Part shown: piece by piece, positions 1 to 17,406 of the stretch
Numbering within the stretch: position 1 is the first letter of the stretch
Layout of the letters: each line of letters starts with the position of its first letter
Assembly (NCBI RefSeq): GCF_009914755.1
Contig: NC_060926.1
Length of the DNA: 64,000 bases
Source: the human T2T-CHM13v2.0 reference genome, Homo sapiens
Direction: 5' to 3' (one strand)
Made by a program: the position numbers and the translations under genes
Notes under the pieces: generated by a model
The model's input: only the letters and a program-made list of their open reading frames with translations
Database searches by the model: none
What the model was told of the DNA's origin: nothing

Positions 1-3000
1 TTCTAATTTTTTGGTTCATTGAAGGTTTATTTTTTAAATAATTTTTTATGTCTTGGGGCTTGATTTTTGTCTATATCTCTTAACCTCAAGGGAAATCCTC
101 TTTCAGCGTCTACACTGGCCAAATTAACATTAGCTTGTTTTGTTGTGGCAGAAACACTTTAGGCTGAAGTGAAAACATCATAAAATTTGCTAACAATATT
201 TGCTGTAAACTGGCAAATAAGATCCTTCCGTATGTCCTCACTGTTCACAACGGTGTGAATAAACTTCATGTAGAAGCCAATCTACTTGAAGAAGTGATTA
301 GAAATCTTGAGCAAGGAGAATGACCTTGGCAAAGAAAATAGGCCTTGGGTCAGTCTTGTTTGTTTTATTTAAAAAAAAAATCTGACTAGTAATTATTAAA
401 AGCCCAAACGGAAAGTGGGTGAGCTAGAAAGTAAGAGCAAATAAAAAATTCATTTTGTATTTAGCAAGACTCACAAAGCACTTGAGTAAGGAAGGGCTGC
501 AATATGTTCTGATCTCTAGTGATGGGTTATTCAATCAAGAGAAGAGAGACTCTGCTTTGTTGTTGGGAATTGTTTTGTGTTGGACCAGAAAAAGAGGCAA
601 AAGATGAACATGCTTTCAGAAACTCCCTTTTTTTTCCCTATAAAAATCACTCTTGGCTAATCCTGTCCCTTCAGTGTGCAATGAGTGTTGGGAAAAAGTT
701 TGAAGGAATCAGACTTTAACTTTGAACCAAAGCATGTTGTGTACAAAACATATAACATCTTTTTCTTAGAGTCTAAAATATAAGGTAACAGGAATTAGAC
801 TGTATTCATTGGGATTATTTTGGGTATAATGATTCTGGTTTTATAACACAAAATTTGGAACATGAGGTCTGGCAAGAATATCAGAGGTATGGCTGTGTTC
901 TGTTACAGATCTGAAATATCAGCCATTCCTCCCACAGGAGCTCTCAGTAGGCTGTCTTTCCTCTACTGGTAGGACAGTCAGGTTGGGTCATTCTGCTGTT
1001 TTGTGAAAGGAAGATGTTAACTTACAGCAATCAGATGTCCCAGGAATTGAAATTTTAGGAGCCAATCTTGCTAAAAACAGAGGGAACTTAGTAGTCATTT
1101 ATTTTGTTGTTTTCTGCTAGGATAAAAATTCCAAGAGGGCACAAGTTATTAGTTGCTTGCTTTCTTTCTATCTGTCTCTAGCACCTATAAAATGATCCCT
1201 GGTAACCTCAGGGTAAATCAAACAACCTAGTGAAATTTAATGTAAAATCCAGCGAGAAGAGAGATTTGCTTAGTTTGATTTGGGCTACTGTGATTTATTT
1301 AATTTCTCTGTTCAGTGTTACACACTGGGGATTTGTGAAGCTACTTCACAGTCATAATCTGTTGGTGATTATTCATATAAATGAGTTTATATATCCTACA
1401 AGGACAAGCTTTATATTTGTTTTCTATGAGCAAATATTATCAAAATCACTGGCATATAAAAGAACCTAGATCAGTGGTTAAACTGGCAAGACATTGAATT
1501 AAATTCTCTTTCCATTTCGTAAAATACAAATGACAGATTATTAGACAATTTAAATGAACGTACTGACTTGTCAACATTTCGCTACTCAGGATACGTAACA
1601 ATAAACACACGATGTTCCAAATTTTAAATGAATATGAAAGGAAATAATTCCGTCACTAATGAAACTTTTTGTGTGTGTATGTGTGTGGAATGTTTAGCCT
1701 ATTTGAATCTATTTTCCAAAGTAGTGGTATATTTCATTAAAATATTCAGCATTTGTGTTTAGGTGTTCTCCCAAACTCACACCATACTAGCTTATCTTCT
1801 TGGAGTTGCAGGTAATCATTACTTATTGTTAAATAAATAAATTCTTGTTGATATTTATTTTGGAATTATATAGTTGTCCATATGAGAAACAGCTAGATAG
1901 AAAATTAGCACCTGCAAGTTAAAACATCTGTCCTTGAAACTAGCTTTGAGGCTTATATTTGAAGCCACATTTTCCTTTTTCTGGACTCTAAATATATATG
2001 ATATAATTTTCGCAATTGGAAATTTACATGAGTCTCTTATATAACCCCAGTTTCACCTTTTCTGGGGTGCTGGCTTTTATTTCTGAAGAGCCTCCCTCCA
2101 AGGCCTCACAGGGAGAGTTTTGAGAATGCTTGGTAGCCTATATTTTCAGTACCATCATATACTCTAAACCTATGAAATACGTATTTTTATTTTTTATAAA
2201 AAGAGAAATCTAGCTTTTATAAAACAGTAAAAAGATCACTGTGAGCAAAGAATTCTGAAAGAATATAGACACATTTTCTTACAGGAAGTACAGAATGTCA
2301 TAATGCACAAAAGCTTCATTGTCATTTTGTTGTGAAAATGTATTGTTTCATGTAAGCATACAATAAAGATTTAATACTTACTATTCTTATCAAGACTTAT
2401 TACTTTACTCACAATTTACTTTATATCTAAACCTTATTGCGCATGTATAATGAGAATACTAACATTTATATTTTTATAAAATATTATCAAAAACATTTCT
2501 TTGAAGTTCTTTATTAGTGAATTCATAAATACTCAATATTTCCAGGTGGCCTAGATGGGGTTTAGAAGATGAGAATAATCCACGTGTCTTTAAAGAAGGA
2601 ATATTCTAAAGAAAATAATTCATCATGCTTAGTCCTAGAGATATGGTTTATGAACAGTAATTACTTGGATGCTTTTGCAGGGATGAAGGGGGAGTGTTAC
2701 CCTTCGGGAAGGACTCTCTTTCCTAAGTAAGGGTATCATCGGGTAGTGTTTTTATTAGGCGGTTGGTGTTATAAGTAAATGGTATGTAAATTACCTTAAT
2801 TTGTTCCAAGGAAAGACCTAGTTTAAGAGTCAAACAAAAGTAACTAAATACCATGTAACAAACACAACCCATGTGGGAACTAAATTGGCTGTCACCTTTT
2901 CCAGCATCTCTTTTATGAAATGAAGTGAGGACTTGAAAAGCGAGCTGTTAGGAATGTTTTTCTCAAATACTAACTAAAAACTTGGTCCAGGAATCACGTT

Positions 3001-4659
3001 CTGACTGACACCAGTAGAATGTGCAACCAGAATAAATACTGGGAGTGTTGTCGCTCAACCATTATGAAATTATTCAAATAATCACTAGGAGATTCTTGAT
3101 CAAACAGTGTGTACTAACACTGTGCAGCGATGTAACCCATTGTGCAGATATAAAAAGCGACACATAACATTAATAGTCACCCAGAAAAAATTCCCTAAAA
3201 TTTCTATTTTCTTTGATATTCTTTAAACAAACATTTATTACAATGTGTTAGATTGTGATAGGATCTAATATCAGAGATCCAATCAGGAAAATATGCTGAT
3301 ATTCTACAATTTGATAATCAGAGCTATGATAAAGGTAAGCTTATGAGAGGCATTTGATTCCCACATATTTATTGGGGAAGGATGAGTGCAGGGAATCTTC
3401 TAAAGTAAGCTGCTTCTGAAGTTATTTTGGAAGGATGGGATTCACTTGCCAGGTGAGTCAAACAAGAGAATATTAAAGGCACAGGAATATAAGAAACATA
3501 GTATGTTAGGAAAATTAAAAATAATTTTGATGTGATTTATTGTGAATGGGAAAAATGCAATTAAAATTTTAAAGAGCTGACTCTCAAAAAGGATATGTTT
3601 GATCATAAGCAAATAAAACATGACTATTTTAAAGATAAATGCAATGACAATTTCTTGTTGTTACCCTGTGGCATGGGAAAGTGGAACTCATTTAGAGCTT
3701 TTGTGTCATGAAGCTGGAAAATGAAATGAGTCATTGCTACAATAAGTATGGCTCATCTCTTGGAAGTAAGGAGAAAGTAAATAATGATTTGAAAAGAGCA
3801 TCCTAAAGTAGAAGGTGACAGAGCAGGGAGGAGAAAGGATCATCCATCTCTAATTGTAGGATGATTTGTCACATCTCAGAGCCCCAGATGAGAAGTAGAA
3901 GGCACCCTAGGTTAAGTGCAGTTAACTTGAGACATTGGCAGGAATTAACCTGATTTTTTAAAAAAATGGATAAAAGGCCTTTGTTTCTTACTAACAGATT
4001 GATGTTAGTAATAGCAATAATGTTAGAAGTAAAAATAGTTGGATACTTCTAAAAAATTGAGAAATACTGTTTTTCAGTTTATTTTTTAGAAGTATCCAAG
4101 TATTTTTAAAATGTGCACTTTGAGCATATTTAAAAGATATCACATCTGCAATTGTTTCTTGCTGCAATGAAAAGAGCTGGCAGCTGGATCCTTCTAGCAC
4201 AGACTCAGCTGCCTTTTCTTTGCAAGTGTAGAACCAAAGATAGGGATTACTTTTATAAATATGTAATTATGAATTTTTTTCAGATTCTGATTAATAATTC
4301 ATCCCCAACTCCTATAACATTATGTTATGAATGTTAAACAACTGGATGAGTCAAAATTTGATATTTAAGGAGATTAAGGGGAATATTGTGCATAAATTTT
4401 AGTTTTCTTAGCTGCCTCATAGAATATTAGTGGAGCACAATTTGAAATAAATTTGTTTCGCTTACTGAAGCCACATATTCGTATGTTTTACTCAAGAAAG
4501 GTTATTGTCATCTGTGGTTTTGATAATCATATGGACTACATGATGTGGTTCTGAATCAAAGTAGCAGAGGTGATTTGCAGGGAAAAGTTAAACCAGATAC
4601 AGTGTTGCCCTCCTTCTCTCCCTTTTAAACACAGAACCTAAAGTCTACTTTAGAAGATT

Positions 4660-4870
4660 TCTAGGCAGTTAAAAGTTGGACTCCCTTGGTTCAAATCTTA
4701 GTGCAGTCTCTTAAATGATGGGCAAATTTGGGTAAATGACTTAATCTCTTCCTGCTTCACCTGCATAATAAAAAACCTTATTCCCACTGGGTAATTATCA
4801 AAGCAAAGTGAGGTAATGTATATAAAACACTAACTTCACTGCTTAGCACATAATAGGAATAAAACCTATT
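4660..4870 (-). mobile_element. MIR SINE fragment
   Basis: Degenerate MIR-like motifs (ggttcaaatc...tgggtaaatgacttaatctct...gtgaggtaatgtatataaaacact). Boundaries and strand are approximate. Confidence 0.55.
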
Positions 4871-5909
4871 GAAACTTAGCTATTTCTGCTATTATTCAAG
4901 AATAGATGCAATGGAGTGAAGCTGTGTGTTTGTGTGCACATGTGGCATGTGTTTGTATGTGTTGAGGAAAAAATGATTCTGATTGTGCTGGGCTGTTCCT
5001 GCATTGCTATAAAGAAATACCAGAGACTGGGTAATTTATCAGAAAATGTATTTATTTGTCTCATGGTTCTGCAGGCTATAAGGAATCATACTGGCATCTG
5101 CTTCTGAAGCCTCAGAAAGCCCCAATCATGGCAAAGGGTGAAGCAGGCACATTACCTGGCAAGATCAGAGCAGGAGGATCCCACATACTTTTAAATGACC
5201 AGATCTCTTGAGAACTCAGAGAGCTCACTTACCACCAAGGAAATAAGGTAACCTTTCATGAGGGTTATGCCCCCATGTTACAAACACCTCCTACTAGACC
5301 CCACCTTCAACACTGGAGATAACAATTCAACATAAAATGTGGGTAGGGACATATATTCAAACCATATCATTCAGCCCTGGCCCCTCTTAAATCTCCTGTC
5401 CTTCTCACATTGCAAAATACAATCTTCCCTTCCCAATAGTTCCCTCCAGCATTAACTCAAAAGTCCAAAGTGTCATCTCAGACAGGGCAAATCCCTTCCA
5501 CCTGTGAGCCTGTAAAATCAAAACCAAGTTAGTTACTTTCAAGATACATTATAGGCATTGAATTGTAGGCATTGCATTAACATTCCTGTTCCAAAAGGGA
5601 TAAATTGGCCAAAAGAAAGGTTCTAATGGTCCCATGCAAGTTTGAAACCCAGCAGGGCAGTCATTAAATCTTTTTTATTTTTTTTATTTTTTATTTTATT
5701 ATTATTATACTTTACATTTTAGGGTATATGTGCACAATGTGCAGGTTAGTTAAATATGTATACGTGTGCCATGCTGGTGTGCTGCACCCATTAACTTGTC
5801 ATTTAGCATTAGGTATATCTCCTAATGCTATCCCTCCCCTCTGCCCCCAACCCCACAACAGTCCCCAGAGTGTGATGTTCCCCTTCCTGTGTCCATGTTT
5901 TCTCATTGT

Positions 5910-6746
<837 letters not shown>

Positions 6747-6834
6747 TTAGACATGAAGTCCTTGCCCATGCCTATGTCCTGAATGGTAATGCCTAGGTTT
6801 TCTTCTAGGGTTTTTATGGTTTTAGGTCTAACGT

Positions 6835-7603
<769 letters not shown>

Positions 7604-7730
7604 TAGCACTAAATGCCCACAAGAGAAAGCAGGAAAGATCCAAAATTGACACCCTAACATCACAATTAAAAGAACTAGAAAAGCAAAAGCAAACACATTC
7701 AAAAGCTAGCAGAAGGCAAGAAATAACTAA

Positions 7731-7961
<231 letters not shown>

Positions 7962-7978
7962 TAGAAAATCTAGAAGAA

Positions 7979-9138
<1,160 letters not shown>

Positions 9139-11364
9139 TAAAGCTCCAAAATAATCTCCTTTTACTCTATGTCCCATATACAGGGCACACTGCTGCAAGG
9201 AGTGGGCTCCCAAGGCCTTGGGCAGCTCTTTCCCTGTGGGTTTGCAGGGTTTAGCCCCCAATGCTGCTTTCATGGGCTGGAGCTGTGTGCCTTCAGATTT
9301 TTCCAGGACCAGGGTGCAAGCCGTCAGTGGATCTATCATTCTCAGGTCTGGAGGATAGTGGCCCCCTTCTCACAGCTCCACTAGGCAGTACCCCATTGGA
9401 GACTCTGTGTGGGAGCTCCAGCTCCACATTTCCCCTTGGCATTGCCCTCTGTGGCGGCTCTGCCCCTGTGGCAGACTTCTGCCTGGGTAGTCAGGCTTTC
9501 TCATACACCCTCTGAAACCGAGGTGGAGGCTGCCAAGCATTCTTCACTTTTGCATTCTGTGCAACTGCAGGCTTAACACCATATGGAAGCTGCCAAGGCT
9601 TATGGCTCACATTCTCCAAAGTGGCAGCCTTAGCTGTACCTGGGCCTCTTTGAGCCATGGCTGGAGCTGGAATGGCTGGGATTTGGGGAGCAGTGTCGCG
9701 AGGCTGCTCAGGGCAGTGGGGCCCTGAGCCTAGCCCATGAAAACACTCTTCCCTTCTAGGCCTCTAGGTCTGTGATGGACAGGGCGGCTGCAAAGGTTTC
9801 TAAAATGCCTTCAAGGCTTTTTCTCCATTGTCTTGGCTATTAGCACCTGGCTCCTTTTTAGTTATGCAAATTTCTCTATTAAGTGGTTGCTCCACAGACT
9901 ACTTGAATTACTCTCCTGAAAAAGCTTTTTCTTTCTCTGCCACATATCCAGGCTGCAAATTTTCCAAACATTTATGTTGTGCTTCTTGTTTAAATATAAA
10001 TTACAACTTTAAGCCATTCCTTTGTTCCTGCATCTAAGCATAGGCTGTTAGAAGCAGCTAGGCTACATCTTGAATGTTTTGCTGCTTAGAGATTTTATCT
10101 GCCAGATACCCTAGGTTATCGCTCTCGAGCTCAAACTTCTACAGACCCGTACGGCAGGAACAGAATGGAGCCAAGCTCTTTGCTAAGCCATAATGTGAAT
10201 GACTTTTGTTCTAGTTCCCAATAAGTTTCTCATTTCCATCTGAGAATTCCTCAGCCTAGACTTCACTGCCCATATCACTATCAGCATTTTGGTCACAACC
10301 ATTTAACCAGTCTCTAAGTCGTTCCAAACTTTCCCTCATTTTGCAGTCTTCTTCTGAATCCTCCAAATTCTTCCAACCTCTGCCCATTACCCTGGTCCAC
10401 AGTCATTTTCACATTCTCAGGTATCTTTATAGCAATACCTCACTCCTGGCACCAATTTTCTGTACTAGACTATTCTTGCATTTCTCTAAAGAAAGACTTG
10501 AGCCTGGTAATTTATAAGGAAAAGGAATTAATTAGCTCATGATTCTGCAAGTTGCACAGGAAGCATAGTGGCATCTGCTTCTGGGGAAGCCTCAGGAAGT
10601 TTTCAATCATGGCAGAAGGCAAATGGGGAGTAGCATATCACATGGTGAGAATGGAGCAAGAGAGAAAGAGTGAGTGAGGAGGTGCTACACAATTTTAAAT
10701 GACTAGATCTTGTGAGAACTCAGAGAGCTTACTGCCAAGCAGAAGGGCTGGACCATTCAGGAGGGATATTCCCATATGATCCAAACACCTCCTACCAGGC
10801 CCCACCCCCAACAATGGGGATTACAATTCAACGTGAGATTTTGGCAGGGACATAAATTCAAACCATATCACTGATTCTTGTTAGAATGGTAGAAAGTCTT
10901 TATTCAAGACTATTGCAATCGAAGTATTGCAGTGGAGGAGCGAGATCAGGCTCAACTCCAAAAACGGAAAAGACAAGTAAGACAGGTGGAAATTGATAAT
11001 CAATGAGCAGAGTGAGGGGATCAATTGATGAAAAATTACTAAGAGGAGACATCAAAGGTAAGGGGATTCTAGCAAAACTATTCTAAGAAAATTATTGCTA
11101 AAGACAGACCAAGGACTTAGACATCAAAAGTGAGGGATAAAGATCTTGATTAGGTATCAAGGGTAGAAGATTATCTCCAAATTGATTTAAGCAGGATTCT
11201 TTACTTAGACTAGGCTGGGCAGGTCAAAAACAGAATGGGGGCCAAGATCAAGGCCTCTTTCAAAAGTGGGCTCAGAGGAACTCTGGCTAAAGTTAGGTCA
11301 AGGAGAAGAGTCTTTGTCAGTGTGTATATGTGTGTGTGGTATGTGTAATGGTGATGAGTGGAAG

Positions 11365-11542
11365 CAGGATTGGCTATATAATTTGAGGGACTCAGGGAAA
11401 ATGAAAATATATACGGATCCTCTTGTTCAAAATATCAATAATTTGAAGATAGCAACAAAATAGCATTAAATCCAGCACTGGGCCCTGTTAAATCTGTGGG
11501 CTGTTTGACCACACAGGTTGTGTGCCCATACAGCTGGCTCAA
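11365..11542 (+). mobile_element. MER91A-like hAT-Tip100 non-autonomous DNA transposon
   Basis: caggattggctatataatttg...cttgttcaaaa...gcattaaatccagcactgggccc...accacacaggttgtgtgcccat resembles the remembered MER91A consensus. Confidence 0.65.
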
Positions 11543-11957
11543 GGTAGGAGCAATAGAAAGCATGAGGGCCTACGTTAAATAAAAGGCCAGAGCAATATAC
11601 AATTATTTGGGTAGAATTGAAGTTGCCTTCCTGGTATTTCTGAATACATTACTGACTTAAGTGACTATTAGGGAAAAATTGAAAGAAACAAATTCAAGAG
11701 AGACCTATAGTGCATAAAGAAGCCTCATAGAGTGACAGCTATCATCTTATGTGAATACAGCCTTTAAAAATGCGCTAGTCTATATATCAGGGCCCACTTT
11801 TCAGTCAGAATCTGTTCATTGAGACTTGGAATTTTAGAGAGTAGATGAGAAAAGTTAGAAAGAATGCTCATATCACTCTCTTGCTTTTTTACCCTCCTCT
11901 GGCTTTTTCCTGTTGCATGCTGAATAGAATTCAAACTTCTTGCCAGAGTTTTCAAGG

Positions 11958-12610
11958 GTATACTAGTTAGGATAGTACCTGCTGCTGTAACAGACAAGCC
12001 TCCCAGTGGTTAACACAATAACAGTTTTGGAGTGGTCTTAAATTTTCCAAAGGGAGTACTGAAAAATTAAGTAATTTATCTGTTTCTTAATGAATTTACC
12101 AACTCAAGATTCAAGAAATTCTCCTAAGAATTTGCCGGTGTGTCTCAGCCAATCAAAGCTTTGGTTATTTATCTATTTTAGTAATTCTGGCCACTTCTTT
12201 TCCCAGATTATTTTTTTGCCTTAGTGCATTAGAATAGACCATGAGGTCTATTTGCTCACTTAATTTTACGTATGCTTTGATTCAGAGCAGGTAACATCAT
12301 AGCAGAACTGTCTGCAGCAGTTCCAGATGGCACATTTTTATAACATGTTGTTCAGAAAGAGTAAGAACTTATTTAGGTAGTTCTCTCAGATGATCAAGAA
12401 GGATGCTTTTCCAAAAGCTCCCCACAAACATGTCCTTATAGTTACTGAGCCATGTGGATCATATTCCCATCTCTGAACCAGTCACTGTGGCAGGGGTGTG
12501 CAGTTTGGCTCAATTTATCAAGGTACTCCCCTGCCTCCTCGTCCCCAGAAGCATCTTCAGAAGCAAATGGGCTACTTGGAGGTGATGTAGATGCCCCAAA
12601 AGTTGATAGG
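11958..12610 (-). mobile_element. Old MLT1-type MaLR LTR remnant
   Basis: tagttaggata...tgctgctgtaacagac...ttaacacaataa and later cccatctctgaaccagtcactgtggcaggg. Highly diverged, boundaries approximate. Confidence 0.5.
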
Positions 12611-15600
12611 CCAGTGGGAGTTTAAAAAAAAAAAAGAGTCAAAGATGACTTTTAGTTTTATTTGCAGAAAAAACTGGAAGACCGTTAAAGAGCAGGTCAA
12701 GGACCAAGCCAGGAATTAAAAAGCCGGTACATCTGAACATTTTCTGTGTAACTGTGGAAATGGAAATGTCAGTTATCAAACAAGTGGTGCTTGTGAGATT
12801 GTCAATGAACCAGGGTCTTACATTTCAAGAAATGGAAAGAAGTGACTCCACATCCCCACAAACACACTTTGAGTCTTTGGGTTACTGAGATAAGGTAGTG
12901 CAGGAGAGGTACAGTCAGATAGAATGGGTAATTGAAGAGATTAGAGAAGCAATCTCCAAAACCAGCAATGTGAAGAATATGAAAGGAAAAACCACCAGCA
13001 GTTAGAGACAGTACCTCAAAAAAGAGCTAGGTCTCAGAGCAACCAAGTGAAAGAAGACACATTTGTGAATGTAGGAGATTCATTTACATGTGAAACATCA
13101 TAGATTTCAGAGGCCTCCACTGACTCCCTGTATTTATTCCAGGCTGACTCCAGTCCACTATTTATCTTAGAACCTATAAGCCCAGTATATGCTTGTCCAC
13201 AACACACACACACCCCTACACCCTTCTTCACTGTTTCTCTGCATATTCATTTGCAATGGGCATGGCTCAGGGAGACTGCACTCAGGCACCTGCTCAGCCA
13301 CAGCTACTTCATGGAGAGAGAATTATGCCATGCTGGATTCAGTACTATGCCAAAATGAAGGCTTCCTAAGATTCACAGTTCCCTCCAGTTTATGTGCAGA
13401 GTAGTAGGGTCATAGCCTATGTAATTGTGGGTTCCTTCAAATCTACCTGGTTGTATCTACCTCTATAACTTCTCCCTTTCTCCCAGCTCCTCTTAAGAGG
13501 CTTTGAGCTTAAGGAAGTGAAAACAGTGATATCAGACCCTTTGATCTGACTATTTTCTTCCTATCCAGGCTCCATCATCATTTCCCCATCCTCTTTCCAA
13601 AGGAGGTTTTTCCCTGTAGTTTCTTTTGTGATGGATGGCTTTCTACACTGAATTTTGTTTTTTCCCTCTTCTAGGCAATACATTTCTTGGCCCACCTGTG
13701 GTATTACAAGGGCTTATGGAGAAGAGAAAATTTGTATTAAAAAGAAATAAAATATATCTGGAGGCTTTTCAAAATATCATCCCCATCACATACCTTTTGA
13801 GAAGTTATATCCACACATGAAGCAAAGTGCATGTGTTTTCATTAACATTGATCCAGAAGTAGCTTCATAAGACCACAGTTTATAATCTGTATTTTTGAAT
13901 GTTCTTGAAAGTTTGAAAAGTATATAAAATTGGTTTTCACCCAAGCAGGGCAGTTCTCCCTGCCATCTTCCTGGAACTTAGAATTACTGATTTTACAGTG
14001 CCTGTTTATTGCTTTTCTTTCTGTCTTTAATTGTCCTTTTATCCTCTATAAATAAATATTTTACTATTATCATATAGTAGTTCCCTGACTTTTCATCTGC
14101 ATAAATGGGCTGAATAATATACAGAGAAATATGGCAAGAAAACACAGGCTTCAGAATCCAGAGTCATTCTGATTTTTTGTCTGTACTAACTTTCTGGGTA
14201 ATTTTGGGCCAATCCATTCATTTATTTATTCAAGGAGTATTTATACGGTGTTTGCACTACAGTGTGCTAGCTCTCTCAGCCATTTACCCACTAGGGCTCT
14301 GTTTCCCTTATCAGTAAATGAAGAAGGTTAATAAAAATAATCTCTAGGGTCCATCCAGTTTTCTATTCTAAGTGCTGGATGATGTCTACCTTTAGGTTTT
14401 TTTTTTACCACTAAATATTTATAAACTATGATTTCATAAAAGCTTTATCCGAAAGTAATTTATTGCTGGTATAAAAACCATAGACTTCATGAAATCTAAA
14501 TATGCAAAACAAGTATGGTTTTGCTTCCTTCAATTTTTTTTTTATTTTTCTCTCCTTTTAAATTTTATAGGAAGGATCACATTATAACTCACCTTTTTCT
14601 TCTATGGAAAACTTACGTAAAGAAAGCATTTAGTGAATATTTGTTAACCGCACCCCATTGGTTGACTCCCCTGTACTTCTATGAACTGAAGAGCAAAGGC
14701 AACACTGTTAAGCTTTTTCTATGGGATGCCTGTTGAAAGGTGTACTGAGGAAACTGGAGGTAGCTGCCCTTTCTAAGCCAGGCCAGAAGCCTTCAAATGC
14801 TGCTCTTGGAGTTGCATACTGGGGATTGTCTATCTTGAGTTCTTACAAGATTTATTGACATTAAGCCTGGAAAATAGCAATGTTCTAAAGGTTAATAGAC
14901 TGACATGACTTATAAAAACTGCCCTTATACCTAACGCAGTCTGAGAGTAAAGAAGGAGCACTGAACAGAAAACACTACGCTATGGAGGCCTCCAAACCCT
15001 GCTCTCAGACCAGCAGGGAAAGGAAATTGTGGGTGCCCAAGGACAAAAAGGCTGACAAGGCTGGGATTTGCCGCAGGATGATACATGACTGTCACCTTCC
15101 CTGCTACCGGATGGTATCTTGTGGTTTGCCCTGGGGTTTTCTTTAATGATATGTAAATGACAGGAAGCTCTTATTCCCTCCAGGATCATGTGAACTGGCC
15201 ACTTTAAGGACTACCATTCTGGTGGCAGTTAAATACTGTGGAAAAATGACCCGGCAGGCAGCTGTCTACCCCATGGGCAGTTCCAGAAGACTTTATTCCA
15301 GTAGGAACTGATCATTAAGGACTCTCCCGAAACAGGATTCCCTGAGAGTGGGAAGGACTCCTGATAGTGCTAGAGCAGCTTGCAGGGCTCCAGGCTGAAT
15401 TCCTCAGGCTGCTCTTGACAAAAGCTCTGAGCCACCTTGATGATGATTAACTGGTGACAATTTCACAGGCTGTCAGTAACCATTGTGCTTGAGTGGCACC
15501 CCTAAAGGGTAATGGGGTTTAATTGCTCTTCCTAGGAGAGGATGTGGGGATGCTTGGGGCGGTGAATGGTGGGAGGGTATTTTATGAAGAGGAGTTGGAT

Positions 15601-17116
15601 AGACAGAAAAAGGAGTCAAAATATATATGCATTTACAGAGTGGGATGATGCTACTTAAAATAACAACTCAAAGTCCTCCAACGCATTTTAAACCTAAACT
15701 TAAAAGAATCATAATGGGTGTCCTTTCTTTTTTACCTTGTATTTGGCGATGGTTGTTGAGGATTTCTCCCTAGCGAGAGCTGAGAAAGATGCCTGCCTCA
15801 GCTATTCCCCTCTGATTTCTCTAAGAAAAAAGGCTGAGGGGTCCAATAACTACTTCTTTATGTAACCCCCACTCCGCCAACTGTGGCACTTCAATTTGTT
15901 TCAGCACACAAGTGGAATGAGTGTGACAGTCTCATTTGTGTCTCTAGTGAATTTCTGTCTCTGTCAGGAGAACAAATCATGCCCACCAAGCACAAAATGA
16001 ATTTAGCATGTGATATTGTCAGCAGTCTCTACACAGTCCTGCATTCGAGGAGAGCAGAGCGAGCAGTGGGATGTTTGTGTGGAAGTCCTTTTCTGTCAGA
16101 TTCCTTGCACAAGTGTATGTTTCCCCGCACTACTAGAACTACATTTGTCTCCATGTTGGGTAAATGGAGGTAAAGGGAATTTTTCTGAACTATGTGCTTT
16201 AGCGCTGCTCCGCCAGTGGAACAAGGCCATATTAACTTTTTCTCTTTGTTTTCCTTTCTTGCCTCTCTAACTGGGTGATACAAGCTCTGACAAGGCCAAT
16301 TTGTTTATTCATTTTTCATTCTTAACTGTGTATTTGAAACCTTAACGACTAGTAAGGAAAATGAACGATACTGAGCAACAGTCCCCTAAGCTCTACCCTG
16401 CAGTACTGATGGGTGTGAAATCTAGATGGAAACCTGGGCTGTATTTTTGAACATCTAAAATTGATCCTAAGCATGCAACATTGGAAATTGCCTAAATACC
16501 AAGCAATGTCACAACTGGGTTCAAAATCTAGAAATATCCATTTAACAAAAATGAGAAATGCATTTACTCTTTATTTCATATCTGTGAGAAATTGCACATA
16601 TTCATTAGAAAACTAAATTCACAAAATATATACTGAGCTATAAAAGAAGTGTGATATTTAATCATGTTTTAAACATGTTCTTTGAATATCTTAACTCCAG
16701 CAAATATCTTAAGCTTTTTTGAAGTAGTTTTAACATAATACTTTTATTATTTGGCAACAGACTTCATAACTTAAACAAAATATCCTAGGAGGAAGCAGTG
16801 ACAACGATATGAGTAATTAAGCCTCTGCTTTTAAACATAAAATGCTACATGGAGAAACTCAAGCATTTCCCTAATCCCCATCAATATAAGACTTTATGGC
16901 TGTACACTTGTCAGATGATGTAGAGATTAAATTGGAATATGCTATTCTGAGAAATGATAAGAATATTGTCTATAGACCGCTATCATAGTACTATAAACAT
17001 TTCTTTAAATTTAGGAGTTCAGTTTTATGAGGAAAGAGAAATTAAATTTGGGATATGATTTTAGGCCTATCTGAATACAGTGTTCATGCTCTGGCCTTAT
17101 GAAATTGTAGCTGCTG

Positions 17117-17143
17117 TCATTATCATCATCATCATCATCTTCA
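17117..17143. repeat. (TCA)n trinucleotide microsatellite
   Basis: tcattatcatcatcatcatcatcttca visible directly. Confidence 0.8.
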
Positions 17144-17406
17144 TTTTTGAGGGTAACAGGATGGGTAATCAATGAATTTGGAGTCAACCTCCTACTTTAA
17201 GTTCATTTTCAAAGGAGTGGCTGTAGTGTGATTGATGTGAAAATCATATATGTTATGTCTATTGGTGCAGGTCCATTTTAAAACATGTTGAGTGGGCAAA
17301 TATTAAGATTTTTTTTTAAAAAAACTTGAGCCTAAGAGTCTTTGGCCAACTTGGTTCTTGGCATTCATGAAGCTTAATGGATTTCTATAAGAAAATACGC
17401 ATGTTT

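Noticed and set aside
2690-2775. CpG-containing patch resembling a NUMT or UUCG hairpin
   Set aside because: The similarity to mtDNA is vague and the stem is only 3-4 bp.
15431-15497. C/D box snoRNA-like arrangement (gccac...ATGATGA...TTGA gtggc)
   Set aside because: Box D is TTGA rather than CTGA, the span is short and I recognise no rRNA guide.
16200-16222. Possible REST or CTCF site
   Set aside because: Spacing and core bases do not fit either consensus.
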